Below the pieces are notes generated by a model. That model was not told the DNA's origin, searched no databases, and worked only from the letters and a program-made list of their open reading frames with translations. A DNA stretch of 64,000 nt from the NCBI GenBank assembly GCA_963695555.1, contig CAVOGR010000001.1, forward strand, positions 704,001 through 768,000, given 5' to 3'. The stretch is from an uncultured Gemmatimonadales bacterium. Its GTDB lineage: Bacteria; Gemmatimonadota; Gemmatimonadetes; Gemmatimonadales; GWC2-71-9. This document shows, piece after piece, positions 39,210 through 49,203 of the stretch (positions are counted from its first letter, which is position 1; the number at the start of each line of letters is the position of its first letter). The translations under genes and the position numbers were made by a program.

Positions 39210-39617
39210 GTGCCTAGCGTGTATATCCGTTCCACCGTGGTCTGGCTCCTGTTCGGGGTGGTCGCCTTCAGCGTGGGCGGCCTCCGACAGGCCGTGTTGG
39301 CACCGGCTCTCGGCGACCATGCGGCCCACCAGGTGGGGAGCCTGATTGCCGCCGGTGTCATAGGAGGCATTGCCGTCTGGTTCATCCGTCGGCTGCGCCC
39401 CACGATCACCGAAGCGCTAACCATCGGTGCCCTGTGGGTGGCCATGACCGTCGCGTTCGAGATCGGGTACTTCCGCTTCGGTCAGGGGGAGCCATGGCAA
39501 CGACTCCTTCAGGATTACAGTGTGTTCCAGGGGCGGCTCTGGATCCTGGTCCTGGTCGTCCAGCTGGTCACGCCGTATCTGGTGGTGCGACGCCAAGGGT
39601 TAGGAGCTGCCAGCTGA
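39210..39617 (+). CDS. Hypothetical 4-TM membrane protein
   Basis: W-x-x-MTVAFE...LLQDY...GRLW; hydrophobic. Confidence 0.75.
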   Translation: MPSVYIRSTVVWLLFGVVAFSVGGLRQAVLAPALGDHAAHQVGSLIAAGVIGGIAVWFIRRLRPTITEALTIGALWVAMTVAFEIGYFRFGQGEPWQRLLQDYSVFQGRLWILVLVVQLVTPYLVVRRQGLGAAS

Positions 39618-39644
39618 AGGCAGGACCCGGATATGGAGGTTTGG

Positions 39645-40065
39645 ATGACCCAAGCTCGAGCACGCGAACATGGCCGTGCGCGACATCGACGGGATGATCC
39701 GGTTCCTGCAGACCGCCTGTCCGGATTTCCGAATCCGCGGCGGGAGCGACAACCCGAAGGACCGGTGGGTCCACGTCGGGAACGACGACGCCTACGTCGC
39801 GCTCAACCAGGCCAAGAGAGGGAAGGGCTGGGAGCCCTATACCGGGAAGGCCGGCGTGAACCACCTGGGCTTCGAGGTGGACGATGCCCGGGCGCTTCGC
39901 GCGCGGCTGCTAGCGGCCGGCTACCGTGAGTCGACCGTGGCCAACGCCCATCCGCATCGGATTCGGGTGTATTTCTACGACCCTGAGGGCAACGACTGGG
40001 AGTTCGTGCAGTACCTGTCGGACGACCCAGCCCAACGGAACGACTATGAGCTGCCGGATCGGTAA
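39645..40065 (+). CDS. VOC (glyoxalase-like) protein; probable 1-nt insertion just after the start
   Basis: KLEHANMAVRD, NHLGFEVDD, YFYDPEGNDWEF; GGAGG before ATG 39645, which is out of frame. Confidence 0.88.
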
Positions 40066-40089
40066 CACCGCGTTCTCAATCGACCCACG

Positions 40090-40866
40090 GTGACGGAGCG
40101 GCTCGAGCACGACGTCGCCGAGGCCCTCGAAACGACGCCCGAGCTGTTGCCCTTGATTCCCGAGCTGCTGGCCGATCTGTGGACCTTGGGTGCGTCCCTC
40201 GATAGCATCGTAGCATTGCTTGGTCCGCTCGGCCTTCCACAATCGACCCGGGTCCTGGACGCGGGGTCCGGCAAGGGAGCCGTTGCCATCACCCTGGCCC
40301 GCCAATTCGGCTTTCGGGTACTCGGCATCGACGGCTTCCAGCCCTTCATTGATGAGGCGAGAAGCCAGGCGGAGGCCTACGGCGTCTCGGATCGGTGTCG
40401 GTTCGAGCTTGGTGACTTGCGCGAGGACCTGACACGACATCGGGATTTCGATATCGTGATCTACGCGGCACTCGGCTCCATCCTCGGCACCGTGGATCAG
40501 TTCGTAGGGCTTCTGCGCCGGTCGGTTCGCCCGGGGGGCTATCTGGTCATCGACGACGGCTTCCTGGCCGGAGGGGAACGGATTCGCGATCCGGGCCATG
40601 AGAGCTACGTGCCCCACGACGAGACTCTCAGGTTGCTGACCGCGCACGGAGACGAGATCATGCGCGAGGTGATCGTGCCGGTTGACGACATTCGGGAAGT
40701 GAACCGGAGGCAGACGGCACTTATCAGGAAGAGAGCCGAGGGCCTCGCGAGGCGCTATCCGGATGCGGCCGACTCCCTTGCCCAGTATGTGGAGCGGCAG
40801 GAACGGGAGTGTGCGGTGCTGGAAACGGACGTGGTGGGCGCCGTCTGGTTGTTGCGGCGACGCTGA
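40090..40866 (+). CDS. Class I SAM-dependent methyltransferase
   Basis: VLDAGSGKG, VRPGGYLVI. Confidence 0.9.
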   Translation: MTERLEHDVAEALETTPELLPLIPELLADLWTLGASLDSIVALLGPLGLPQSTRVLDAGSGKGAVAITLARQFGFRVLGIDGFQPFIDEARSQAEAYGVSDRCRFELGDLREDLTRHRDFDIVIYAALGSILGTVDQFVGLLRRSVRPGGYLVIDDGFLAGGERIRDPGHESYVPHDETLRLLTAHGDEIMREVIVPVDDIREVNRRQTALIRKRAEGLARRYPDAADSLAQYVERQERECAVLETDVVGAVWLLRRR

Positions 40867-40979
40867 GAGAGCACAGCCTCACGCGAGCCAAGCGTTGAAG
40901 TGCCCAGGCCAGTCGGCGATGTTACTTGTATGTGGCACTCGTCGCTTTGAGTGGCTCGACTCATAGAACGCGTGATACC

Positions 40980-41711
40980 ATGGTCCTCGTCCGAAAAATT
41001 GTGGCAATCCTCGCCCTCGTAGCGCTGGGCGGGCTCATCGTGACCCTGGAGCGTGGAGCCTACGGGGTCAATCCTCGGCTGGTGCTAGTCACGCGGGTGC
41101 TGCTGGCGCCGCTGGTCATTACCGCGATCGGGCTCGCGCTCGAGACGTTCTGGAGCCGCTGGCTGGCACTGGCGGGCGCGGTCGCCGTGCTGCCCTGGGC
41201 CGTGGTGCTCACTTTCGGGTTGCCCAAGGGCGCACCGCTCGCGCAGCAGAGCATCGCGTTGGGCGCCGCCCTGCTCTTGCTCGCGAGCCTGACCGGCCAC
41301 GCCATGTTCGAGCGGTACGAGGGGAAGTCGAAAATGGACTGGAGCGGGCCGCGGATGGGTCTGGTGCGCTGGACCATCATCCTGAACATCGCGTCGGTGA
41401 TGGGCCTGGCCCTCTTCGTTTCCCTCTACCGGTATGCCATCGAGTGGCATGTGGCCATTCCCGCGATCCTGCTACTCGGCCTCCTCGTGGGCGTGCTGTT
41501 TCTCGCCACGCAGAAGACCATCGGCCTCTTGCTGGTTGCCGTCAGTTGCGTGCTGTTCGTGCCGGCCGGAATCTACTTCGTGTGGCGGGAAGCCAGTCAC
41601 ACCGGAGAGATGTACTTGTTCGCCGCGGCCTTTTTGCCCGGTGTCATCGCGGGATGGGCCTGTCTGATGGTGTTTGGGAAGCCGATTTGGCGGGCGTTGC
41701 GGGGAGGGTGA
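40980..41711 (+). CDS. Hypothetical polytopic membrane protein
   Basis: About eight TM segments. Confidence 0.75.
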   Translation: MVLVRKIVAILALVALGGLIVTLERGAYGVNPRLVLVTRVLLAPLVITAIGLALETFWSRWLALAGAVAVLPWAVVLTFGLPKGAPLAQQSIALGAALLLLASLTGHAMFERYEGKSKMDWSGPRMGLVRWTIILNIASVMGLALFVSLYRYAIEWHVAIPAILLLGLLVGVLFLATQKTIGLLLVAVSCVLFVPAGIYFVWREASHTGEMYLFAAAFLPGVIAGWACLMVFGKPIWRALRGG

Positions 41712-41721
41712 GGGGATGAAA

Positions 41722-41856
41722 CAGCTAACAGCTGACGTGGGAGGCAGGGGGTAGGGTAGTAGGGTCGTAGGCGACACCGCCGATCGATTGTCCTTCTTGC
41801 TACTCTCCGGCTTCCTACATTCCTACTCCCCTTCACTGAGCCAACAGCCAATAGCC
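41722..41856 (+). repeat. ~135 bp intergenic direct repeat, copy 1
   Basis: Aligns end to end with 42461-42591. Confidence 0.88.
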
Positions 41857-41940
41857 ACTACCCAGGTCACGCCCAGGGGACGCCCTGAAGCGAGTTTCCC
41901 GGTTAGGAACCGTCGACCTCACGTACTCTGGAGACTCGCT

Positions 41941-42445
41941 ATGAACCACCCCGCGGCCTGGCCTGGACTCGCACTCTTCGCAGGCCTCCTCCTCAGTCCG
42001 TGGATTTCGTTGGCTGCCCAGGATTCTGCGGGGGTCTCGGCGGAGCGCCGGGCGGTGATTCGGGCTCTTCATGTGGGCCAGCGGCTTCGGATCGAGCGGC
42101 CAGGCGGCGCGAGACTCGAGGGGGCATTCTCCGCGGCGAGCGGAGAACAGCCTCGTGGTGGCCGGCGACTTGGGGCTCGCCCAATTGAGTAGCTCGGATA
42201 TCGACAAGCTGTGGGTCCGTGGGCGTGCCACCAAGACCGGAGCGATCATCGGGGGCATCGTCGGCCTCCTGGCCGGTGTCGGGTACGGGCTCCTGCTCGG
42301 CGAAGTCATCTGCAACAACGAGGACTGCAACGCCGACACCGGGACCGTGGTCGCGGCTTTGGGACTGGGTGGCGCCTTGGCAGGGGCGGGTGGAGGCGCC
42401 CTCATCGGAGCGGCCATCCCCAAGTGGCACCTCCGATTTCCATAG
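41941..42445 (+). CDS. Secreted protein with glycine-zipper helices; frameshift near 42150
   Basis: GGAG RBS, signal peptide, GAIIGGIVGLLAG...GGALAGAGGGALIG. Confidence 0.7.
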
Positions 42446-42460
42446 GCAAGGTGTGCTGGA

Positions 42461-42591
42461 CAGGTAGCAGGTAACGTAGGAGGTAGGAGGTAGGGTAGTA
42501 GGTAGGCGCCACCGCCGATCGGTCGTCTTTCTTCCTACTTTCCGACTTCTTACATCCCTACTTCCCTTCACTTCGCCAATAGCCAATAGCC
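42461..42591 (+). repeat. ~130 bp intergenic direct repeat, copy 2
   Basis: GTAGGGTAGTAG...CACCGCCGATCG...CCCTTCACT..GCCAATAGCC shared with 41722-41856. Confidence 0.88.
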
Positions 42592-42592
42592 C

Positions 42593-43027
42593 ATGTGCCT
42601 CGTCGTCTACCTGGCCGCCGACCGCCCGCTGCCCTTGATCCCATGGGACGAGCACGCCCGGGGCTTCCACGTGACCGAGCTCACGGGGGAGAAGGACGAG
42701 GCGGTGCGCGGTCAGTTCACGAAGCCGTATGTCTACTATGCCGGGTCGCACACGATCTGCGGCTGCGGCTTCAACTACGGGCAGTACCCCGACGCCGAAG
42801 ATGACCCAGAGGAGCTAGCGCTCACGCAGAAGACCCTCCGCGACATGAGCGAGTACCTGGCGGGCGCGCTGGAGGATGGCGCCATTATCGAGCTGTTCGC
42901 GTGTTGGGAGGGGGATCAGGCGGCTCGGGTGGAGCACCGGCGGGAGATCGTTCCGGATACGATCCGTGCTGGCGGTTTTGGGTTTCGTGAAAAGGAGCTG
43001 ACCGTCGTCCGCTACTCGGCCGGGTAA
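42593..43027 (+). CDS. Hypothetical acidic protein
   Basis: MC...GSHTICGCGF...CWEGD; codon usage consistent with coding. Confidence 0.75.
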   Translation: MCLVVYLAADRPLPLIPWDEHARGFHVTELTGEKDEAVRGQFTKPYVYYAGSHTICGCGFNYGQYPDAEDDPEELALTQKTLRDMSEYLAGALEDGAIIELFACWEGDQAARVEHRREIVPDTIRAGGFGFREKELTVVRYSAG

Positions 43028-43050
43028 CGAGGGGCCACTGCTCCCGGCAA

Positions 43051-44853
43051 CTACGGCACGGCGCTCACGATAGCCTCGACATACGCCAGCAGGCGCTCGG
43101 GATCGCCCAGGTCGAAGTGCCCAGCGCCGTGCTCGATCACGATCGAGCCTTCCCGGTAGCGCGGGCCGAAGATGCCGCGGTCGAGGTTCTGGAGCTTGAG
43201 ATCCTGCACAACGGAATTGCTCGACCTGGAGTCCGAGAAGACGCACGCCAGATGCCGTACCCGCTCGGCGGCCGCTCGATACCATTCGACGAAGCGAGCC
43301 GGATCCTTGCCCGGGAAGGGCCGCACGACCTGTTGGGCGTATCCCGTCAGCACCTCGATGTCGTCGTGGAACTTGCGGAAGATCTCCACGAGATATGAGT
43401 GGATGTCGATCCACTCTTGCAGGGTGCGGGCCTGGGTACCCATGGCCTGAAGCTCGTCGATGATGTGGGCCGGCTCATCGGTGGACAGGTTGGCCAGCAC
43501 GCGCGACACGAAACAGGTGTCGTGGTTCAGGTTACAGTCCAACGACAGGAACGCATCCACGGTGACGGGCGGGTCCGGCTGGGCTGATAGGATCTCGAAG
43601 CCCAGGTCGGCGCCCGACGAGTGCCCTACCAGGATGGTGACAGCGGGGCGGAGCCGCTCGATCGCGTTGCGCAGAAGTTCCAACATCAGCGTGACGTGAT
43701 CGTCCATTGCCAGCGGAATCCGATGCGGGGCCGTCCGGTCGAACCCGTACTGGGTGGGCGCAATACCGCGATAGGGCGAGCGCTCGAGAATGCCGGCAAA
43801 CGCCTGCTGATCGCGGCACATGCCGTGGAGGTAGCACACCAGTACACCGGACTCGACCTGGTTGTCCAGGTAGTGCATCCGGTCGCCGATCATGCGGGGG
43901 TCGAGCCGCTCACGGGAGAGCTTCCGGCACACGTCCTCACGCAAAACGAAGCTCGCGTTCACCAGCGGATTCGATCGACGTCCACCGACGCCCGTTCCGG
44001 CTGGAACAGCCGCCGCCAGCACCCGGTCGAGCAGCGGGAGCATGTCCTCGGCCCGCTGCCAACGGTCGGCCGGGTTCTTCTCCAGGCATTTCATCACCAC
44101 CTGCTCGAGGCCGGCCGGGACGGTCATCCGCACTTTGGCCAGCGGCTCCGGGATCTTCTTGAAGTGGCTCGCGATGACCTGCATCACGGTGGCGCCCGTG
44201 AAGGGCGGCGCGCCGGCAAACATCTCGTAGGCCACGACACCGAGGGCGTAGATGTCGGCCCGGTTATCAATGTCGACCTCGCCCGCAGCCTGTTCGGGCG
44301 CCATGTAGGCCGGGGTGCCGAGGGCGGTGCCGACGGTGGTAAGCCGTGACGTGTCACCGGCGGCGGTGACGGCCTTGCCTACGCCGAAGTCGGTGATGAC
44401 CGCGTGGCGGCCGGTGAGCATGATGTTTTCGGGCTTGATATCCCGATGCACAAAGCCCTGCGCATGGGCATAGGCCAGCGCATCGATCACCTCGTGCAGG
44501 ATCCTGACGCCCTCTGGAATCGGCAGGCTCTTGTCGCGCTCGAGCCGCTGGCGCAGCGTCTCGCCTTCGACGTACGGCATGGTGTAGAACAGGTGCCCGT
44601 CGGCCTCGCCCGAATCGTGGAGCGGGAGGATGTTGGGGTGCATCAGTTGGGCGGCGATGGCGATTTCCCGAAGGAACCGCTCCTTTCCCACCGCCGCCGC
44701 CAGCTCCGGCAGCAGCACCTTGAGCGCCACCTGGCGGCCATGCTTCACGTCGTGGGCCAGGTAGACAGTCGCCATGCCACCGCGTCCGATTTCGCGTTCG
44801 ATGGCGTAATTGGCGGCCAGGGCAGGGGTAATCCGTTCGATGGTCTTCCGCAT
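43051..44853 (-). CDS. Ser/Thr protein kinase fused to C-terminal alpha/beta hydrolase
   Basis: IGRGGMATVY, VALK, HRDIKPEN, DFG, GTPAYMAPE; then YLHG, GHSSG, GAGHF. Confidence 0.92.
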   Translation of the reverse strand: MRKTIERITPALAANYAIEREIGRGGMATVYLAHDVKHGRQVALKVLLPELAAAVGKERFLREIAIAAQLMHPNILPLHDSGEADGHLFYTMPYVEGETLRQRLERDKSLPIPEGVRILHEVIDALAYAHAQGFVHRDIKPENIMLTGRHAVITDFGVGKAVTAAGDTSRLTTVGTALGTPAYMAPEQAAGEVDIDNRADIYALGVVAYEMFAGAPPFTGATVMQVIASHFKKIPEPLAKVRMTVPAGLEQVVMKCLEKNPADRWQRAEDMLPLLDRVLAAAVPAGTGVGGRRSNPLVNASFVLREDVCRKLSRERLDPRMIGDRMHYLDNQVESGVLVCYLHGMCRDQQAFAGILERSPYRGIAPTQYGFDRTAPHRIPLAMDDHVTLMLELLRNAIERLRPAVTILVGHSSGADLGFEILSAQPDPPVTVDAFLSLDCNLNHDTCFVSRVLANLSTDEPAHIIDELQAMGTQARTLQEWIDIHSYLVEIFRKFHDDIEVLTGYAQQVVRPFPGKDPARFVEWYRAAAERVRHLACVFSDSRSSNSVVQDLKLQNLDRGIFGPRYREGSIVIEHGAGHFDLGDPERLLAYVEAIVSAVP

Positions 44854-45102
44854 AGGGAAGCAAAGATACTGAAGCACTCGGCCGCCCGCGAGGGGACGAA
44901 AGACGCTCCTTCCGTTTCAAAACGTGGCTGCTGAGGGGATGGAGCCGATCGCCGCACTCGAGGAATCGATCAAATACCCCCGGGAGTAGGCGGTTCCCGC
45001 CATGCTGGCCTCAGTGGCATTGTCTCCCCTAGCCACCAATCCGCTGGTGTCTCTCGGGAGATGTCTGCATCTTGCATTGTGGGATCACGAACCTGGGAGG
45101 CA

Positions 45103-45288
45103 ATGCAGATGCTCAACCTCGAGATGCGCGACGACGTCGACCCCGTCTGCCCCCATTGCGATGATACGCTCAGGAAGGTGAATTATCGGGAACTGAAGGA
45201 GTTCTTCGGGCGGCGGACCGTCTATTTCTGCCCGGCCTGCCGGAAGACGCTTGGCTTCTCGCACCGGAAGGGCTTCTGGATGGGATGA
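45103..45288 (+). CDS. Small zinc-ribbon protein
   Basis: GGAGG RBS; CPHC...CPAC. Confidence 0.75.
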   Translation: MQMLNLEMRDDVDPVCPHCDDTLRKVNYRELKEFFGRRTVYFCPACRKTLGFSHRKGFWMG

Positions 45289-45369
45289 GGGTGGGGAGTA
45301 GGGAGTAGGGAGTAGGGAGTGAGGAGGAAATCACTGGCTCGTTGCTGAGCCTGAAGACCGGAGCGACCG

Positions 45370-45588
45370 ATGACCGAAAATCTCCCGGTGAAGTACACGC
45401 GGACCGATCTCGACAACGCCAAGACCAAGGGCCAACTGATCGGCTGGGTGCAGGCAGGCGCCGTGGTCCTCGGCGGCGTGCTCCTTCTCAAGGCGATCGG
45501 CCTGATCCCCGTCCTGCTCGTGGTGGGTGCGGCGGCCTTCATCGGCTACAAGGTGGTGACGAGGAAGAAGACCGGAGGGAGTGCGTAG
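45370..45588 (+). CDS. Small membrane protein
   Basis: GGAG RBS; hydrophobic hairpin. Confidence 0.7.
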   Translation: MTENLPVKYTRTDLDNAKTKGQLIGWVQAGAVVLGGVLLLKAIGLIPVLLVVGAAAFIGYKVVTRKKTGGSA

Positions 45589-45659
45589 GAGAGTAGGAAG
45601 GAGGAGGCCCGGCTGCCCTTCGCCCCTCAGTGTCCCGACTCTCCTACCTTTCTACCTTC

Positions 45660-46061
45660 CTACTTCCTGAAAAACGGAATCTCGTTGCGCCGAATGCGCG
45701 CCACGATGACGGCGGCGATGAGGGTGACAATGGCCATTCCAAAGAGAGTCCCGCCGTCGCCCTGCACGTTGATACCCAATATGGTGAGGTGACTTCCCAG
45801 GGCACCGACCATGAGCCCGATCGCCAAGAGCGCTCCCACGCCCGCCGTGCGCGGGATGAGAAGCAACACGACCGTGACCAACTCGACCATGCCGGTGGCA
45901 TAGCGTCCCCACGGCTCGACCCCCAAGCGCTCGAAGATGTAGATGGCTTCCGGAGCGCCGGTGAACTTGAAGAAGAGGCTCTGGCCGAGGATCGCGGCCG
46001 CGATGATCTGACCGACCCAACTCAGTCGAAAGGCGTTGCGCGATGGATGGTCATCTGGCAT
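45660..46061 (-). CDS. DoxX family membrane protein
   Basis: QSLFFKFTGAPE...EPWGRY...GALGSHLT. Confidence 0.85.
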   Translation of the reverse strand: MPDDHPSRNAFRLSWVGQIIAAAILGQSLFFKFTGAPEAIYIFERLGVEPWGRYATGMVELVTVVLLLIPRTAGVGALLAIGLMVGALGSHLTILGINVQGDGGTLFGMAIVTLIAAVIVARIRRNEIPFFRK

Positions 46062-46200
46062 GGGCGTTCGCTCCGTTGTTGAAGAACTCGAGGGACTGCC
46101 TCAATCACTGAACACGGGAGCGGGCGGGTTGGTTCCCGATGCCCTAATCCTGCATCACATCCCAATCTCCCACTCGCTACTTCCTACCACACGCCACCTC

Positions 46201-46932
46201 ATGTCTATCATCTCCATCGACCTGGCCTACAAGCACTACGACGACATCGGTCTAGCCGTGCTGGATGAGCGAGACGATATGATCGACGTCACGTTCGTGT
46301 CCTTGCGAGATGCCGGCCTGGCCGACCCGCCGTCGCCCGATGCGTGCGCCATGTTCATCGCCGAGTTCGCCGCCGAGTTGGGTGCCCGGGTGGTGCTGCT
46401 GGACGGACCGCAGGGATGGAAGGCGCCGGACAATAGTCTCGAGCACTCCAGGGTATGTGAGCGAGAGCTCAACACGCCGGCCAAGACGGGGCTTCCCGGG
46501 CAGGTGAAGCCGGCCCCGTACGGCCCGTTCGTGGAGTTCTCGATAGCGGTGTTCGACTATCTCGACGGGCTCTCGTGGCCCCGCCTTCAGCAACTGGCAC
46601 TGGTAGGAACATCGCGCGGGGTCGCGGTCGAGTCCTTTCCCTTTGCCGCCTGGCGTGCGCTCGGCATCGCTCCCCTGCCGTCCAAGGCCAAGGCGACGGC
46701 AGACGATGTGTCCAGCCGGGCGGTCCTCCTGGCGGAACGGTTCGGGCTCCGGCTCGCCGCAGAGCCGACCCATGACCAGCTTCAGGCCATGGTAAGCGGA
46801 CTCGGCGGCCTTGGCGTCGAGCTCGAGGACGGCACGCGGGCCGCCGCTGCGGGCATTGCGCCGGCGCTGGTCGATGGGACGTGGCGGGAGGGATACATCG
46901 TGACCCCGCGGCTCGACGGCTGGACCCGCTAG
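46201..46932 (+). CDS. DUF429-like RNase H-fold protein
   Basis: SIDLA, LDGPQG, RVCEREL, VESFP, HDQLQA. Confidence 0.65.
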   Translation: MSIISIDLAYKHYDDIGLAVLDERDDMIDVTFVSLRDAGLADPPSPDACAMFIAEFAAELGARVVLLDGPQGWKAPDNSLEHSRVCERELNTPAKTGLPGQVKPAPYGPFVEFSIAVFDYLDGLSWPRLQQLALVGTSRGVAVESFPFAAWRALGIAPLPSKAKATADDVSSRAVLLAERFGLRLAAEPTHDQLQAMVSGLGGLGVELEDGTRAAAAGIAPALVDGTWREGYIVTPRLDGWTR

Positions 46933-46945
46933 CGGCCGACAGCTC

Positions 46946-47524
46946 ATGCCGTGGATCCCGTTCTACGCAACCGAGAGCGACCTGGCCGAGGTCGTCCGCT
47001 GGCTGTCCGAGGACCCGGAGATCGAGTTCATCGTCTCGGCCGGTCCCAAGCGATGGGTTGCGCGTCCGTCGCTCGACGGCGTGCACTTCGACCGAATCGC
47101 CCTCTGGCACAAACCGTCGGGGCCGCTGCCTCTGGTACCCGGCAGGGCCTGGCAACGCGAACGGTGGATCGAGCATCCGGAACTGGGCTGGAAAGAGCGC
47201 AGTACCGCGAGCGACCGGACAATTCCGTTCTTCGGGGCGGGGCATCCCGGGGTCATATGGTTCAACGCCGTCACCGCCGGCCCCCAAGGCGAGGATATTG
47301 GGATGTCGAGCTTCGAGTGGATCGGAAACCGCTACCGGAGCGAGGGGTCGGTGGCGCATCCGGCTACGGAGCGATGGTGGAGCAGGCTCCGGGAACGCAT
47401 GAAGGAGGACGGAGTTCAGGTACCGCGGTCGGGTCCACTCGACGGGCCGGATCCAGAGATCTGGGCGTTGCCAGAGGCCCGCTCACTCATAATCAGCGGA
47501 GCGACCAGGTCCATCAATCCATGA
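46946..47524 (+). CDS. Hypothetical Trp-rich protein
   Basis: Most protein-like ORF in the interval; co-oriented with upstream gene. Confidence 0.65.
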   Translation: MPWIPFYATESDLAEVVRWLSEDPEIEFIVSAGPKRWVARPSLDGVHFDRIALWHKPSGPLPLVPGRAWQRERWIEHPELGWKERSTASDRTIPFFGAGHPGVIWFNAVTAGPQGEDIGMSSFEWIGNRYRSEGSVAHPATERWWSRLRERMKEDGVQVPRSGPLDGPDPEIWALPEARSLIISGATRSINP

Positions 47525-47578
47525 CCGGCGGGACGAGGTGGCCTAACCAGGCCCCCCGCAGGGGTCCGCGCCGGTTTC

Positions 47579-48028
47579 TCAGCCGACCCTGCCAAATAGC
47601 TGCTCGAGGCGGTTGAGGCAACTGGTCCATCCCTGCTCATGGCCGGCCTTCGCCTCGGCGGTTGGGAACAGCTCGTGGGTCAGGACAACCTCGGTGGTTC
47701 CGCCGAGGTCGGTGAACTCGACCGTGACGAGCGTCTCCCCGACGCGGGAATCCTCTTCTTCCCAGTCCCAGGTGTACACCAACCGGCGTGGGCGGTCGAT
47801 CTCCCGATAGCGTCCGGTTGCTGTATGCACCGCGCCGTCTCCGCCCTGCATGCGGAGCCGGTAGGCTCCGCCGACCGTAAGATCCACCTGGGCATCTACC
47901 ACCGTTGCGCTCTCGGGGCAGGACCACTGCTTGAGGTGTTCGGGCTCGGTCCACGCCCGAAACACGGTATTGGGGTCGGCGTTGATCAGCCTGCTCACCT
48001 GCAGGAACGTCCTCGTGTCGGTGTTCAT
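47579..48028 (-). CDS. SRPBCC/AHSA1 domain protein
   Basis: [31 protein letters not shown]. Confidence 0.9.
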   Translation of the reverse strand: MNTDTRTFLQVSRLINADPNTVFRAWTEPEHLKQWSCPESATVVDAQVDLTVGGAYRLRMQGGDGAVHTATGRYREIDRPRRLVYTWDWEEEDSRVGETLVTVEFTDLGGTTEVVLTHELFPTAEAKAGHEQGWTSCLNRLEQLFGRVG

Positions 48029-48378
48029 GTGTCCTGCTCCGTCCTCGTGGTGGATAGTTTCTGCCCGAGATACCGTGACAGCGAGTCGAGCCTCCCCTCC
48101 CAAAACGCGCGGTAGCGATCGACCCAACGTGCCGCCTCCCCCATGGGGGTGGCGTCCAGCTTGCAGCGGCTGATCCGTCCTTCGCTGGCCCGCCGCACCA
48201 GCCCGGCGCGCTCGAGCACCCGCAGGTGTTTCGAGATGGCCGGACGCGACACCGCGAATGGCCGCGCCAACTCTCCGACGGTGGCGTCCCCGTCGGCAAG
48301 CCGGGCCAGGATGGCCCGCCGTGTAGGGTCGGCCAAGGCGCCAAAGGTGCGATCGAGCCGCCGGGAAATGGTAACCAT
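48025..48378 (-). CDS. ArsR/SmtB family transcriptional regulator
   Basis: [31 protein letters not shown]. Confidence 0.93.
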   Translation of the reverse strand: MVTISRRLDRTFGALADPTRRAILARLADGDATVGELARPFAVSRPAISKHLRVLERAGLVRRASEGRISRCKLDATPMGEAARWVDRYRAFWEGRLDSLSRYLGQKLSTTRTEQDT

Positions 48379-48388
48379 ATGGTTACCA
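48369..48388. promoter_or_regulatory. Perfect 20-bp palindrome, probable ArsR auto-operator
   Basis: TGGTAACCATATGGTTACCA overlaps the ArsR start codon. Confidence 0.8.
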
Positions 48389-48426
48389 ATATGGCCAATG
48401 CGCTACGGGCGGTCAAGCCCTCCTTC

Positions 48427-49128
48427 TTATCCGTACGTCACGCCGGGGTAGAGCAGATTCACCGCGAGCAGGAAGACCGGTTGGAACACATAGTCGAACA
48501 CGTACCAGGCGGCCAGGATTCCGACCCAGCCAAGTGCAGGGTTGCCCCAGAGCAACTCTTGGTACCGCGGCACGGTCGACTTGGGAAGCGCCAACACCAG
48601 GGCACCACTCCCGTCGAGCGGCGGGAACGGCAACATGTTGAGAAGCAACAGCACCAGGTTGAGCGAGAAGAAGGCCCCCAGCACGAAGGCCACGGTGTCC
48701 ATCGGGCCCTGTGCAGTAGCAGCGGTCACGTGTCCGAACGAGACCGATTCAGGCGAGTGGAAGATGTTGGCCGCGACGCCGGCGCTGATGACCAGTGCCG
48801 CAAGAAGGAGCAAGAGCAGGTTGGCGGCCGGTCCGGCCAGCGCCATCCAGGCTGCCCGCCGGGGGTGCTGCCGGGCCCAGTTGGCATCGTACGGCGCGCT
48901 GGCGAATCCGAACGGCCAGCCGGAGATCAGCACTGAGAGAATCGGCAGGCCCACCATGCCCAACGGCTCGCGGCGAATGTGGGGGCGCGGGTCGAGCGAG
49001 ACCTGACCGCCGTGGTAGGCCGTGAGATCGCCGCCGCGCTTGGCGGCCCATGCGTGCGCCGCCTCATGGAGCGTGGTGGAGAAGAGGAAGACGATGTAGT
49101 AGACGATGCCATCCGCGAGATTAGGCAT
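48427..49128 (-). CDS. Site-2 protease (M50)
   Basis: HEAAH, AGPAAN, NMLPFPPLDG. Confidence 0.92.
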   Translation of the reverse strand: MPNLADGIVYYIVFLFSTTLHEAAHAWAAKRGGDLTAYHGGQVSLDPRPHIRREPLGMVGLPILSVLISGWPFGFASAPYDANWARQHPRRAAWMALAGPAANLLLLLLAALVISAGVAANIFHSPESVSFGHVTAATAQGPMDTVAFVLGAFFSLNLVLLLLNMLPFPPLDGSGALVLALPKSTVPRYQELLWGNPALGWVGILAAWYVFDYVFQPVFLLAVNLLYPGVTYG

Positions 49129-49203
49129 GCCGCGTGCTGAGCTCCTTGGAGGTGGCGCTCGATCTCTTGAATTTCGATGGGTGCCGCCGGCCGCGAGAGC
49201 GGA

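Noticed and set aside
44880..45100. tRNA or riboswitch in this intergenic gap
   Set aside because: No cloverleaf, T-loop or known aptamer motif recognised.
19067..47524. Classical integron
   Set aside because: No tyrosine recombinase and no consistent RYYYAAC...GTTRRRY attC sites were seen by eye.
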